Shown here: positions 22,052-34,599 of the stretch, piece after piece
Layout: each line of letters starts with the position of its first letter
How positions within the stretch are numbered: position 1 is the stretch's first letter
Notes under the pieces: model-generated
Told to the model about the DNA's origin: nothing
What the model saw: only the letters and a program-made list of their open reading frames with translations
Database searches by the model: none
Program-made: the position numbers and the translations under genes
NCBI GenBank assembly: GCA_044892525.1
Contig: CM097887.1
Coordinates: 55,614,001 to 55,678,000 of the forward strand
Direction of reading: 5' to 3'
DNA length: 64,000 bases
Origin: Schmidtea polychroa
Lineage: Eukaryota

Positions 22052-22510
22052 ATGCCTAGGATATCCATCCAAGATGAGGATGACGATCTCCTAGAAACCC
22101 ACTATCAGCCACCAGATCCTGCGTTGACCAAGATATTGGCAACAAAGAGTGAACCCACGATTTCAGGAGAGCCTATTATCATAAAGGAAGGCGAGTTCGT
22201 CGGAAGGGGCAATTCGATTAAAATACGGGAAGATCTCGACAGAGAAGATCCTAGTTGGTGGCAGAGACCCGACAGCAAATGGAAACCGCGTATCAAGGAA
22301 TACGACGGAGGCTTAATCCATGAAGTAGCCATATCCAATTTCCCCGATTACGGAGTATTGGAGGCTAATGAGGGCTCGTACATTATCTCCTCAATTGTGT
22401 ACAAAGAGGTAAGTACACGGGAGACTTTGGTGGTCAGTTACAGACCTGACATTGTAGAACAAAGGATCCGTAACGAAAGTGCCAAGGTCATGAAAAGGAG
22501 AAAATACTAG
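22052..22510 (+). CDS. Accessory ORF4, 152 aa, unknown function
   Basis: Intact ATG-started ORF 16 nt after the ORF3 stop, inside the element; basic C-terminus MKRRKY. Confidence 0.6.
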   Translation: MPRISIQDEDDDLLETHYQPPDPALTKILATKSEPTISGEPIIIKEGEFVGRGNSIKIREDLDREDPSWWQRPDSKWKPRIKEYDGGLIHEVAISNFPDYGVLEANEGSYIISSIVYKEVSTRETLVVSYRPDIVEQRIRNESAKVMKRRKY

Positions 22511-22796
22511 CAATTCGGCTATGTGTTCAATGGACCTAGCAATTTGCTATACGTCCTCAATCCCAACACCTTCGACAACTCAATCCAATCCAAATATTCA
22601 GATTGATAGACATTATGAACAACATTTGATAAATCTGATTTTTAATTTTGTTTAACCATCTTTGAGTTTGACTTTGATTACTTTATGTATATACATTTTA
22701 TTCAGTCGTTTTATTTTATTTTTATATTTTTTTAATTTTATGTATTGGCTGCAATTGTCTTATCTTTACCGCTTTAATTTTCGGGACGAAAATCTT

Positions 22797-22811
22797 GTTA
22801 GGGGGAAGACA
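22797..22811 (+). promoter_or_regulatory. Polypurine tract
   Basis: GTTAGGGGGAAGACA immediately before the 3' LTR. Confidence 0.85.
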
Positions 22812-23897
22812 TGTTGGGGTTCAGTAGGAAACGGAATTGAAGGTTCGAAATTAAATAATAATTAATTAGAAGTATAACAAAAATAGTAATAAAAAATTAC
22901 CGAAAATAGAAATTAAATACTAAAATTAAAACTAAAATATAATTAGTAATAAATAATTACTAAAAATAAAACTATAGAAATTATTTAAAATATATAATAA
23001 AAATAGTAATTAAACAATTACTATTAATAGAATTATGGAAATAAAATTTATATAAATACTAGTTAAAAATTAGATTACAGGAGGAGAAGAAATTAGAGAC
23101 AAGAAAAATCAGAAGAGAATCCCCATAGTTATAAATAGATACGATCAGATCATTTTAATTCGGCATTCTTGACATTTAGAATTTAACCTAAAATTTTGGG
23201 AAATTTCATTTTGTCTATTGAATCAAGAAATTTCCATAGGAATATCGATCAAGAAATTAATTACTGGAATTATATTTATCACGAAATTCCTCGGAACCAA
23301 AGGATATTTTTATCAGGATTTTTCGCATCATCTATATAATATCGTAACTCCAATATCTATTGGAGTATTAATTAAAGTAAAAGGAAGAAATATTAGTAAC
23401 CAGTTCGACAACCAATCTGTGGTTTCTCTGGCCCTTGTTGGAATAATTAATTAGTTAGTATTTTTGATTTGAAATAGATATATACATATAAATATTTTCA
23501 TTTATTTAAATTAATATTAAAAAGGATTGCAACGTCAGCACATATTTTTTGTAGCTGTTTCGTTTCAAATATAATTTAAAGAGTTAACCAATTTCTGGGT
23601 TGACTCTATAGCGTAAAATTTGGTGAACTACCCTGCTTCTTTTCCTTACACCTATATCGGGCTGTTGGCGCATTTAGGGCCAGCCTTGATTCGTAGAAAT
23701 ATTCTTCAGGGCGGTTTGAATAACCGTTTTCTTTACTTAGAAAAAGGCAGCGTGGTGTAAACGTGTAACTAACTTTTTATTGATAAATAAATATTTAAAA
23801 CATATTTCTTATTTATTACCTATACGCATAAATTATTTATTGGAGTCAGATAGAACGTTTTTGTGTTAGTTCGACTACCTACCCATCGAACCTAACA
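22812..23897 (+). repeat. 3' LTR
   Basis: Near-identical to 8972-10057 and followed by TSD TCTC. Confidence 0.97.
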
Positions 23898-24690
23898 TCT
23901 CCTTCTGTCAACATGGCGTCGATATCTACTTGCAAATAAGGATCATGCTGAAAAATGGATGTAGTTGAAGGGATCATTCGATAAGAGTCTTTGGTAACAG
24001 GCACGATAGAGTTATTACTGGACACCTTAGCACTCGCCTCTTGAGCTGCGAACAAGGAGGCTTCTAGTGCTGCCATTTCGTTTCGACGACATTGCGTTCG
24101 TTCAGCGCGAGTGGGTCGTTTCCTTTTCCTCGAGTTAGTATTTACTGGGTCAAGCGAGACAATTCAGCCAATGTAGATACTGGAGGGAAATTGACGCGAG
24201 AATCATCACTCAAGATAGGGGCGATGATTGGTGGAAGTTCGGATCCGTGTCCATGACACTTTGATGGAGGCAAGATGGTGACTTCGTCTGTCTGGTGATG
24301 GATCGTGAAGACCTTCGATTTATCTATCACTGGATACTCCTTAACGCGATTCCGCAATTCGGATTCCGAGTAGATTTGATGGAGCGCCTCCCATTGGGCT
24401 TTGAATGTGAGGCTTTGGCACCGATTTTCTTCTAAGAGGCTACGAGGGCAATGTTCTAGCCGTAATATTTTCATATTGGCCTCCTTCATTTGTGGCTGGG
24501 AGAACCAGTGTGTTCTAGCGTATCGATACGCTTTTTCAGAACCCCTATGTATGCTTTTAGTTTATCCATGGCGGCATTTTTATCGGCACATGAAAACAAG
24601 GTTTCGGGCCGCGGTTGAGTAGATTCGGCTCTGGCATACTTAAACGAGAGAAATGAAATCGGCATCGTAAGAACTAATCAACATATTTCC
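23898..24690 (-). pseudogene. Decayed long-form WFSP ORF; the big Gypsy element is inserted into it and the remainder lies at ~8500-8971
   Basis: Minus strand reads KKRIDTLEH(T)WFSQPQMKEANMKILRLE across a frameshift. The other flank carries the family's downstream motif (8602-8683). Confidence 0.65.
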
Positions 24691-25121
24691 CATTCGTCTT
24701 AATATTCATGCTATTTCTTTACGTCAACTTTCGACTCTATCCTATAAAATTAGGTTACTCTATGTAACGCAGTTATTATCAAAAATCTTTTGATAAATCT
24801 AATTTATTTCAGCAGGAGTGGGATTTGATCAACAAATTCAATTCTATCTCCAATTTCTTATTAGAAAAGTATTATGATCTAGGTGACTGGAAGAAAATAT
24901 GTTATCACCCCGGGAATTGGTTTGATTCCGAACAAGTAAATGAAAATGCAGAAGCAACAGGTCCTACTGAGGAAATGTTGTACTCCGTATTGCTATTTCT
25001 TTATAAATAATTAAGTTATCCTTGAATACACCGTTAGAATAAAATCTTTAATAACTAAAACTTGAAACTCGCAAACATGACGATTAGTTGTCATGATGAA
25101 TCTAAGTTGCTTCCCATGCGA

Positions 25122-28100
25122 TTAAACCAATAAAAAACAGACACCATAGTTGTTTAACTGGATAGAATCCATTGAACATTTTATTACGCTATGAAAATAA
25201 TTTTAATTGATTAATAGGGCTAAGTTCAAATTTCATCAAGCATACTTGAACCCAAAAAAAATTTTTTTTTAATTTAATCTGAACTAATATTTATCATTAT
25301 ATTTACAGAATATAAAAACAATTAATAATTTTATTAAACGAAAAATATATTCAAAACACCGACAAAATTCAATAAACATTCTCGATTCACCGTAAAAATG
25401 CTCGATTCACCCCATCGATCCTAGAAATAAAGAGCCAATTAAACAACCAATCAGAAAAACAACCAAAAGCTTTACTTACCGATTCTGAGTCATTTTACCG
25501 AGAAATTTTAGGTAGGCTTTGGGAACATTTTCCGGTTCTAATATTGCCTGAAATTGATTTTTTTTTTAAAATTAAAAAAAAAATTTTTTAAATATTTTAC
25601 AGCGTTAAAAACAATAGCAGTAGAAATGGAGTAGAGGAAAATGATAAAAGGAGTATTGAAATTCTCAGACACGATATCGGAACAGCAGGCCCGGAAACAC
25701 AACTCCACCAATTTCGTGATAGCGTACATGGATATCGACACGCTTGGATAGAATCGATTGGCCAATCCGGCAATAAATCCCGATACGATTGCAAATGTTG
25801 GTCGATAGCCGGTAAATATTTTCCTTTGAATGCATTGCATTGCCTTAATGTAGACTGGTTACCACCGATTATTAGCTGCAACTGTTACCCGAAAGATTAC
25901 TGAGAACGATCCAATAAACATTGCAAGATTATAAAATTTCATTTTCCGAAAAGATTTGGTAAATCTCAATGGTGATTTTATATTTTTTATTAGATTAATG
26001 CCAAATTCAATCAAAATTCCCACAATAAAAGGCTTGTAAAATCCCTAAAAAAATAAATAAATATTAACAAATTTTCTGACGTTATTTTTTTGTTTAATTT
26101 ATTCTGAGTGCTCCTTTGGTAGCAATTAAAACCATTTGAACGAATGAAATGCGTTAGGATATGATTTGAACTGATTATGAATAAATATTTGATAAGAAAT
26201 CAATATAATTATAAATTGATTCTTTATTTTTTTAATCAATAAAATATTTCATTTTATATTTATAATAAATTATATTTTATAGTTTCTTTCTAGCCTTTTG
26301 AGATCTGGCCAATTTTGAAATGAGATCTGTAATATTGATATTTTTTAAACACTCAACAAATTTGTCGTTTAAAACGTAATTTAGATATTATTCAGGATCG
26401 ATTTGATCGAAAAACTATCAACTATGTATAAACGAAAATCAAATGCGAAAGAATTCTGAATTGATCAACATACTGCAAAGAGACCGATTCTCGTTTATCA
26501 TACCTACGTTAGAATACCGATACACGTGCTATGAGACGGGGATTCCCCGGTATTCCGAACGGCTTTAGCAGAGAACACAACACAAGCTATTCAGTGGCGT
26601 AGCTAGAAATTTTGGGCCCCTATGCAATGAGTCATAGATGGCCCCCAATACTGCATACACAAGTGAAATAGGTGCGGAATACCATAGAGCCGCAGGGGAA
26701 AAAATTTTTGGCCCCCTTGGAAGTACCATTGAATTAGACCAGGGTTTCCCAAACTTTTCATGCGACGGAACACTTCGTAACTCTCGAAATTTTGATGGAA
26801 CACCTTGTTTATTTTGTACGGTATGAGACCAGTGGCCTAGAACTACCCAAGATTTTTTTAAGAGGGAGAGGAGAGTGTTAATTGAAAGAAGGGCTTATAG
26901 TTACAGAGGAGTTTTGCGCCGCAGGCAAAACATTTTTTAGAGCTCAATATACAATATAACATTATAAATCGTTATAAAATGATAGTAATGTATCAGGGAC
27001 AAATGTGTATAGCCGACAAGCGAAACAATTTTTTCGACCCCTATATGAATGGGCGATTTACTTAGATAACTAAAGTTGCTTGCTTATACAGTATATTATT
27101 AGCGAGGGAGAGGCTTAGGGGATTGCATAAATAGGTAAAATGAAGGTAAATAATGTACTTAATGCAATAAGTAAACAAAACAGTGGAGCTTTATTACATA
27201 AAACCACAAATCGATCATTTGGAGGTCCCTGTTGACTGGTGCCGACCGTGCCGTTGTTTGACATTGTTTTATGAAGAAAATTAAGGAAATTTTGAAAAAA
27301 GATAATATATCAGTGTCTTGTGGGCCCCTATGGATTGCTTACTCTTGCTATATGCTAGCTACGACACTGCTACTATTCTGCATTTCTTTTTTACAAATAC
27401 AAATTCACATTTGTAGAGAGAAAGAGAGCTAGAGGCATAGAGAACATGGACAAACAAACGAAAACGTGCTTTTTCCTACACAGCATTTTAATACACATAT
27501 TTATGTCTATTAAAACATTTTTTAAATTTTCATTTGCATATTTATACGTTAGGCGCTTTTTCGTGCCCATGGCACGTGCATTGCCTGCCATACCCTAGTT
27601 ACGCCTCTGGTTGTGATGGACCAATTGAATTTCATTTATTAACTTTTACTAAATTTGCATTCATTCTTATTATATTTAATTACAACGACATTCTCACGGA
27701 ACGTGTAGCATGTTTTTATAGATTGATTGATTGGTGTTGGCGGATGATCATTCTGTGAATATCGATTACTTTGATTGTGTCTTTACCATCTAATATATAA
27801 AGATGAAAGTTTGCTTGTTTGTTACCCATCGAATTCCCAACCGTCGGACCTAGGGTGCTGAAATTTGCATGTGCCTCTCATTTGACTCGGGACAGGTCAT
27901 AGGTTATGTTTCACCCCCAGGTGACCCCCTAGGGCACCCTAAGGCGGTTTGTTTGTCTGCCCGGTCAGCAATCTAATAAATCTAATAAACGTTGTTTTAT
28001 GTTTTATTGATCGATTGGCCACTGGTAAATATTGATTTAATAATGAACGCTTTTGGCGGATTATTTATTAGATTGTTTCTTATGGTTAATAATATTACAC

Positions 28101-29396
28101 AGATAACTAGCAAAGTGCACAAAAGATATTAATTGGCTGTGTTCCTTTATTAATACAAACCGCTACATATAGTTCTTTTTAGAGGAATTGTATAAGGAAA
28201 CTATTGATAGGTTGTGGAATTTACAGAGAGACAAAATATCAGTTATGGGAATTATATATTATATTAAATCAATATTTACCAGTGGCCAATCGATCAATAA
28301 AACATAACACAAAGTTTCGGTTCAGTCTTTATCAAATGTCAATTTCAATAAAATATTCATATTAAAAATGAAAATTTAACTTACAGAAAAAATATATTGC
28401 CCACATGAAAAATCATGCCGGCACGCAATTGATTTATAAGGTAAATTTAATCTCCCATGAAATATTGAGCACATTTTATTTATAGCCGAACACAATTTCA
28501 ACTTGATATAGACAATTTTATTAGACGGGATTTTATTCTGATCAACAGATTTTTCACAGCTGTCTTTGATTTCTGAATATCCAAATAAAAACCTACACTG
28601 CTTTATTTATGTCATTAATTAATAAATCAATACCCAAGAAATTTGGTGAGATACGCTGGAGTTTTGTTCGTTCTAAACATTTATATATAGGAAACAAAAA
28701 ATAAAAATTCTTATTACGTAAAAAGAAATAATATTCCTGCAGCAGCAGCACTAAACAATAAAACCTAAATTTATTGAAAGAAAAATAGAATTTTAAAATT
28801 GTACTTCGCCATTTTTAACCGCAGAAACATAACCTCGACTTTTTAGCATCAAATAAACTGTTTGTAATGCCTTAAACGGCAATTAAATAATCTGAAAAAT
28901 ATACAAAAACTACATACAATATTAACCATATAAACTGCTAATTGCTGACGTCTAAAGGAATGTAAATATAAATTCAATTAATACAAACTGAAAACCTTGA
29001 CTTTCTTTCAAAAGCCAGCGCCACACCTGACGCTAAAAAAGACGGAATATAAGCAATAGATAATATATTAAATTTCTGAAATAATCTTATAAAACATATA
29101 AAAATTGAAAATAGTGCTCCATTCAATGAAAGAAATAATGAAGATCTCAAAATATCTGCAGGGAATTTGGAAAAATAGTAATTTGTAGTTTTTCGTGAAA
29201 TTAATGATGAGAGCTAAATTCCATTAAATAATATGAAAAAGTATCGTATTACCGCATAAAAAGTTGTGTAAACTTTAACAGATTCTCTGAATCCAATTTT
29301 CCAAAGAATTAAAAAAGTTTTCAAACAACTATGACACCAAGGATGTACAAAGTCTGAACATTGCACATCTCCGACAATTTTACTAAGAACTGGCAT
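25122..29396 (-). CDS. tmem135: TMEM135 (Tim17-fold peroxisomal/mitochondrial membrane protein), multi-exon; 3' end approximate
   Basis: N-terminal MPVLSKIVGDVQCSDFVHPWCHSC...ESVKVYTTFY resembles TMEM135 MAALSK..HNC.EIGHTW..SC...ESLKIY. Later exons AGLANRFYPSVSISMYAITKLVE and LEPENVPKAYLKFL also match. Confidence 0.85.
26592..27369. mobile_element. Non-autonomous hAT-type element with nested MITE fragments (TMEM135 intron)
   Basis: TIR CAGTGGCGTAGCTAG / CTAGCTACGACACTG (1 mismatch). Internal CAGGGTTTCCCAAAC and CAGTGGCCTAG ends. The 8-bp flanks match at only 5/8. Confidence 0.6.
27790..27980 (+). mobile_element. Short non-autonomous Helitron-like insert
   Basis: 5' ATCTAATATATAAAG; GC-rich 3' end GCCCGGTCAGCAATCTAAT. 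Confidence 0.4.
27995..28307. mobile_element. MITE with ~45-bp terminal inverted repeats
   Basis: TTATGTTTTATTGATCGATTGGCCACTGGTAAATATTGATTTAAT is mirrored by ATTAAATCAATATTTACCAGTGGCCAATCGATCAATAAAACATAA. Confidence 0.75.
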
Positions 29397-30024
29397 ATTT
29401 AAAAGATTTTCTAAAAATATTTTCAATTCATAATTATAAAATTAATTAAATATTACTTGGGAAGCTGTTAGGAGAAAAAAGATGAAAGCAACCATAAACT
29501 TAATTATTGAAGTACAAAATAAAATTTAAAATTTATTTCAAGGTTAAACCTATTCAATTAAACTTTAAGAATGAATGGTTAAAAATAAATTTATATCAAA
29601 TATTAAATTAAATACAATTATTAATGAGTACAGAAAATAGGCAATAAACCTAAAGTTAATAAAATCGAAAATTTCAATTGCAGTACAGTGGCTAGCAATG
29701 AGAAAGTGGGGGATATCTAGCGCTGGCGTCACTCACAGGGAGTGTCAAATGATGGCTAAGAGAAACAAGATTTTCCAGGAATTTTTATTTTGGTGGATTT
29801 CTGTGAAATAAATTTTGAACTAATAATTATTGTAATATAATTAATTATTTTCCATTGATGGCGTTTCGAGGGGTTGTTGGTTATAAAATAGAATGAAGAT
29901 GTCGACTAGGAGGTATCATGAATCAAGATGAGTACATGCTGTTCGGTTATTGGGTTGGTGATAAATTTAAAGTTCTTACTCTGACTCGAAGTGTGTCTTT
30001 GACTGATCCACAAATAACAGTTGT

Positions 30025-30300
30025 GTTGGGGCACTACTCGGTTTACCACCCTTAGTTCAACTTTCTAACCTAGGGGATGAACGCCCGTTACTATTATACC
30101 TGTCATTACTGCGTCACCCCGAGCAGGGCCCGTACATAATCTATACTCCAACATAGCACCCGTGAATTGCTTCACGTTGGAACTGTGCTATGATGGCGAG
30201 GTGCCAGTGAGCAGGTGAGCCACCTCCCTCCGACTACTCCTCATTGAGACCCCGACTTCCTGACCCTGACTGCCGATAGAAGGACTTACGTCTACACATT
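30025..30300. repeat. LTR-like segment (TGTTGGGG terminus) carrying the conserved motif
   Basis: Contains GAGCAGGTGAGC...ACTACTCCTC...GCCGATAGAAGGACTTACGTC at 30209-30292. Confidence 0.55.
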
Positions 30301-30539
30301 CTGTCACCCTGTCACCATACCCTTGGTTTGGATTGCAAATTGAACAATACTCCTCGAATCTCAAAAAAAAAACTCAATGCTATTCACCACTCAATGTTAA
30401 ATCCCTTATGAACGAAAAACAAAACCCGTATACAGACAAAAATTGTTTATTTCAAACATTGCAATACAGGCGCGTCGTAATTTATACATCAGAATTAGAA
30501 TAAGAGAAAACACAAGGACAGGAAACGATATTAGTTGAT

Positions 30540-31358
30540 TCAGGACTCTCCGACGGATGAGGTCATCTCACGGGAAAATCCTCGTTTTTCCCACTCGGAG
30601 TCGGCGAGTAACTCGTCCAAATCGAAGAATTCGGAGGCGTTCTCCTCCCACGTCACCCCAGCGGCAGATATGATCCACCCTAGTGTTCTTGTTGTTAGGT
30701 CAATTACAGCAGGGACGTTATTGACATTACTCCCGAGGTCTGGCAGCTGCTTGGGCTGCTTCGCAGCTATTCGCTCACGCTGTTTCCTTTTGCGTTCAGC
30801 CCTTGATAGCTGCCGACGCTTTGGCTTGGTGGTCGATGAATTGTTTGGGGTTACCGCCGATGTAGAGGCGACGTTAGGCAGTACCCGACTATTTCCAACA
30901 ACAACCACCTCCAGTTGCTTTGGCGAGAGTTGTGTTTCTACGCACGGCCGGCAAGGTTTCTTCGAAGGGAGCGATGATCTGACAGAAGTATCGTGGTGGG
31001 CCGGAAAGAGATTGTCGGCTTCACCGATGGGAATTTTCACTATCTTTCTAGTTGCCGCGGCCTGGATGTACACTTTATGCAGCGCCTCGGACTTCTCCTT
31101 GATCAAACTTCTTTGGGCACGACTCTCGGAGATTAGAGCGTCCCGGCAATGTTCACTTCGGTGTAATTTCTTTTGGGTCTCTTTCATCTGGGCGGGACTA
31201 AACCATGTCCCTCTAACTCGTCTATCTTCTTTTTGTACCGTCCGATCTGGGTCTGCAGGTCCTTGATTATCACGTTCTTGTCGGAACAAGAAAAACAGGG
31301 TCTGAGGACGGTTTTTGCAGTGGGTAACATGTCTGCTAGCTAAGAAGAATAATAACAC
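30540..31358 (-). CDS. Long-form WFSP accessory ORF (272 aa; start uncertain)
   Basis: RVRGTWFSPAQMKE; basic KRRQLSRAERKRKQRER; acidic FFDLDELLADSE shared with the 43.8-44.4 kb copy; AATAAA downstream on the minus strand. Confidence 0.65.
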   Translation of the reverse strand: MLLFFLASRHVTHCKNRPQTLFFLFRQERDNQGPADPDRTVQKEDRRVRGTWFSPAQMKETQKKLHRSEHCRDALISESRAQRSLIKEKSEALHKVYIQAAATRKIVKIPIGEADNLFPAHHDTSVRSSLPSKKPCRPCVETQLSPKQLEVVVVGNSRVLPNVASTSAVTPNNSSTTKPKRRQLSRAERKRKQRERIAAKQPKQLPDLGSNVNNVPAVIDLTTRTLGWIISAAGVTWEENASEFFDLDELLADSEWEKRGFSREMTSSVGES

Positions 31359-32699
31359 TAAATGGGATAGATCAAATTGAGAAAATCATCATTTTTCGCC
31401 ACCATTCGTTAATCAATATTAGACATTTTTTCAGGAAAAGAAAAACGGATTATTTATCAAGAGGGATTTCCTATGCCATCAACCTAGGCGTACTCTGGGT
31501 GTTTATCTACTAGAAAATCAACTGACAACATTAGGCTTTACTTAACGAAGGTTGTACATCATTGTTAAAGAAAAATGAAAATTACATGTTTAAGAGGAAT
31601 TATTGGTGACGGAAATTTTTCTTGAAGAGGGTAAATAGCATTGAAAATTCAACCCGAACTAAATAATTACTAAGTGAAAAGTTAGCTAATCATTATAATG
31701 ATTTTATAGATAATTAGATAAGTTGGTTTTAATTCATCATTAAGTAAAAATATTAAATTTTTGCAGTTCCAGTAACAGACTTGGATTAATTGGGTTGCAT
31801 TTTGTTTGTATTTTATTTAGGCTTTCGATTATATTATCTATAATTTATTATAATTTTGTTTTCAAATCTCACATTTATTTACTATTTTAAAATTAATCAT
31901 TGAGTTGTTGGTGACTCGTATTATCATCACTCATGTCTAGTGCTTTCGGTAAATAGCCGAGATTTTTATCTGACACACCCGGTGGACTTTTCTCAAGTTA
32001 GCCGTTCGCGGTGAATTATCTACTATCGGGTTAGATGACTATGCGATCTCAAGGAACGTATCACCTGGAAGATAGACTCGTAGAATTATGGCTAGTGATA
32101 TCCGTGTTATTATTGGTGAGTACCAGCATGTGGACTTTGGCTATTAGAACTTGCAATGTGTGCATTTACACATGTGTGCGGGTACTCACTTCGTGAGGCT
32201 CTTATCCTATTTGGCAGCTTGCATGAATCATCAGATGTCATATTACATCGTGTTGAATTTCTATCTCTCGTGGAAATTTTGCATAGGCAGATTTTTCGTA
32301 CCGCTATTACTGGATGTAATTCGTTTCATAGACAAACTGGTCAACTATTCAAGCTATAATTTCTACTCCCCTCATGGATTTTATCATCATCAACATGTCC
32401 ACTGTCTATATCGAGTTGGAAGTTTATTAACTATCGCTGGAAATACAATTCGACGAAATGTGGATATTCCATCACCCTCTGTGGCATCTCTAAGACTCGG
32501 ATTTTATTCCCATGGAGGGTCTATCGGATCAGTTACCCCCCATCCTAACTTTGCCTCAGTTGCCACAAACGTTTGGTATTCGATATACAAGGGGACGACA
32601 TGTTTGATTGTTTTTATAAATACATTTTTCCTGACTAGATTCATTATTATTTTATGGTTTATTATTTTTGAGAACTATTTGTTGGTCACAATTCACCAC

Positions 32700-33190
32700 C
32701 AGTAGGTTTTTAGAGAGACGCAGCAAAGTTGATTGCACGTGATGGACATAGATGATGAAAGTAGCAGTTGTGAAGATCCTTAGGCTGAAGGTTTCAGGAA
32801 TAATTTCGAGTGGAATCATGAACGCAGATAATATGCTACAAATGATGTCCAGACTGATCTAACAGAAATTTCTGTATAGATCTTCAGATGATAGTACCAA
32901 TTTCAATTTGATAAAGACAATAGTATGACGCCCTCAATCACTGCGCGAACTCTCGAACAAGATTTTTCCTCATATGACTACACTTCCCATTACTTGATAG
33001 TTACCATCTCTCTACAGTATCGTTCGCATATTTTAGTCGTATCTTCAGCGACGGACCCGTGAGGAAGCCCCCACATTACGGCCCGAATCAGCTGCGTGAT
33101 TGAAATACCCTAGGCCCACCGGTGGAGCTCCCGAAGGCACCTCACACCATGACACTAGAGTATCTCAACGCCACGTTTCTCGAAAAGTTA
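32700..33190 (-). repeat. Decayed repeat related to 47770-48250 and 48850-49420
   Basis: Shared GCCG.AATGTG.GGGCTTC.TC...GTC.GTC core and GTCGCAGTGATTGAG-like segment. Confidence 0.5.
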
Positions 33191-34599
33191 TAATCATTAA
33201 ATAATAATGCATGAAAATCAATCGTAAAAAGTTCATAATAATTCATTTATTAAATAACTAAATCATCTAATTAGCAAATTTATCATTAGGAATCAAACGA
33301 AAAGGAAACTGTTTTCAGTTTAAATTTATAATTACTTCATAAAATTACATGACTACTATTACTTAGATAAAAGTATAAATCGAAAAATTCCTTACCAAGT
33401 AATTTGTATAGATTTATAGGCTGAATCGGAAGGTATCGAATCGAATAAATGGTTACTCGGAATTTACGTTGATTGTCAACTGTTTGATAATATCTCCTGG
33501 TTTCTAGAGTGATTCTCGTACGTTGCTGCTATTCACCTGTAAAGTTGGTTGTTTAACTGTCACTGTTAAAATTTATCTTACCTGTAAAGTTGGTTGTTTA
33601 ACTGTAAGTTTATAATTTTTGTGTTTCCTTATATATTAATTTTTGATGTGTGCGGACCAATCAGAATTGAGTGCCGCTTATTTTTATTGCTTTAATTTAT
33701 TTTTCTTGTTTTTGAGTTATTTTTTCCTATTTTCTTTATTTTTATTGTGTTTTTTATTTATTTTCTTTAATTTCTTTATTATTTACTACATTTTACGTTA
33801 TTTTTTGTCATTCTATTGTCCTATTTCAATTTTCCTTATTTTTATATTTTTTGTTTTAACTCTTATTTTCTAATTTATTATTTTTCTTATATCCTATTCT
33901 ATTTTATTCTTAAATTTGTTTTTGTTTTATTTTTATTTTAATTTAATTATGTTTAACCTAATTTCTTGGATACCCCTCGATTCAGCCCAACACTTGACAA
34001 CAGAAATCTTTATTGATAATCACAAATAATTATCACTTTATACTGACAATCAATTCAACACTCTCCTTGGTGACTACACAATGCTTATTACAACATTCAG
34101 TGAGGAATAGCACTTGTGTATAACACCGAAATGAAAGATCACTAATTACTGATTGGTTTATCAACTGCAGTGGTTCTTTTTGAGGTGGTTCTTTTCTTTG
34201 ACCTACTTCACAACTTTATTCAAATACTCAAGTAACTTCTTTTCTTTTACTTTGTCAACTAATTCTTTTCCTCAAATCTTCTCTAGCAATTATTCTTCAC
34301 AATTGTTTTCTTTATAATTATTCTCCACAAATCGTTTCTCCAATAACGTTTCGTCCGACTTTGTCTAACTTTTATCGTCTAAATTTTTGTTTTTATTTCG
34401 TCTCCCAAAATTTTCTGAATTTGTGTCCACCAATTTCTCTTTATATAGCTTGTTTTATTTGTGGCACTGGACACAGATTTTGTTTTCCCATTTTCATTCT
34501 CATTTGTGTTCCCCGCTACATCAGCCTTATCTCTGACAGATTTCAAGATATATTTCCCTTTCATTTTTTGTTAAGCCACCTTCTCTCGGCAATTCCGCT

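Larger units (their letters stand above)
8972..23897 (+). mobile_element. Full-length Ty3/Gypsy LTR retrotransposon (endogenous-virus-like) with envelope-like and accessory genes
   Basis: Two 1086-bp LTRs (TG...CA); 4-bp TSD TCTC (8968-8971 and 23898-23901); PBS; PPT; domain order gag-PR-RT-RH-IN; RT motif YIDD. Confidence 0.97.

Noticed and set aside
10121-22338. Many 60-110 aa minus-strand or off-frame ORFs overlapping gag/pol/ORF3
   Set aside because: Shadow ORFs of long real reading frames; no motifs.
8972-23897. BEL/Pao assignment suggested by the chuvirus-like glycoprotein
   Set aside because: RT (YIDD, MPFGL.GAP), RNase H, GPY-type integrase, simple CCHC knuckles and the 4-bp TSD are Ty3/Gypsy-like.
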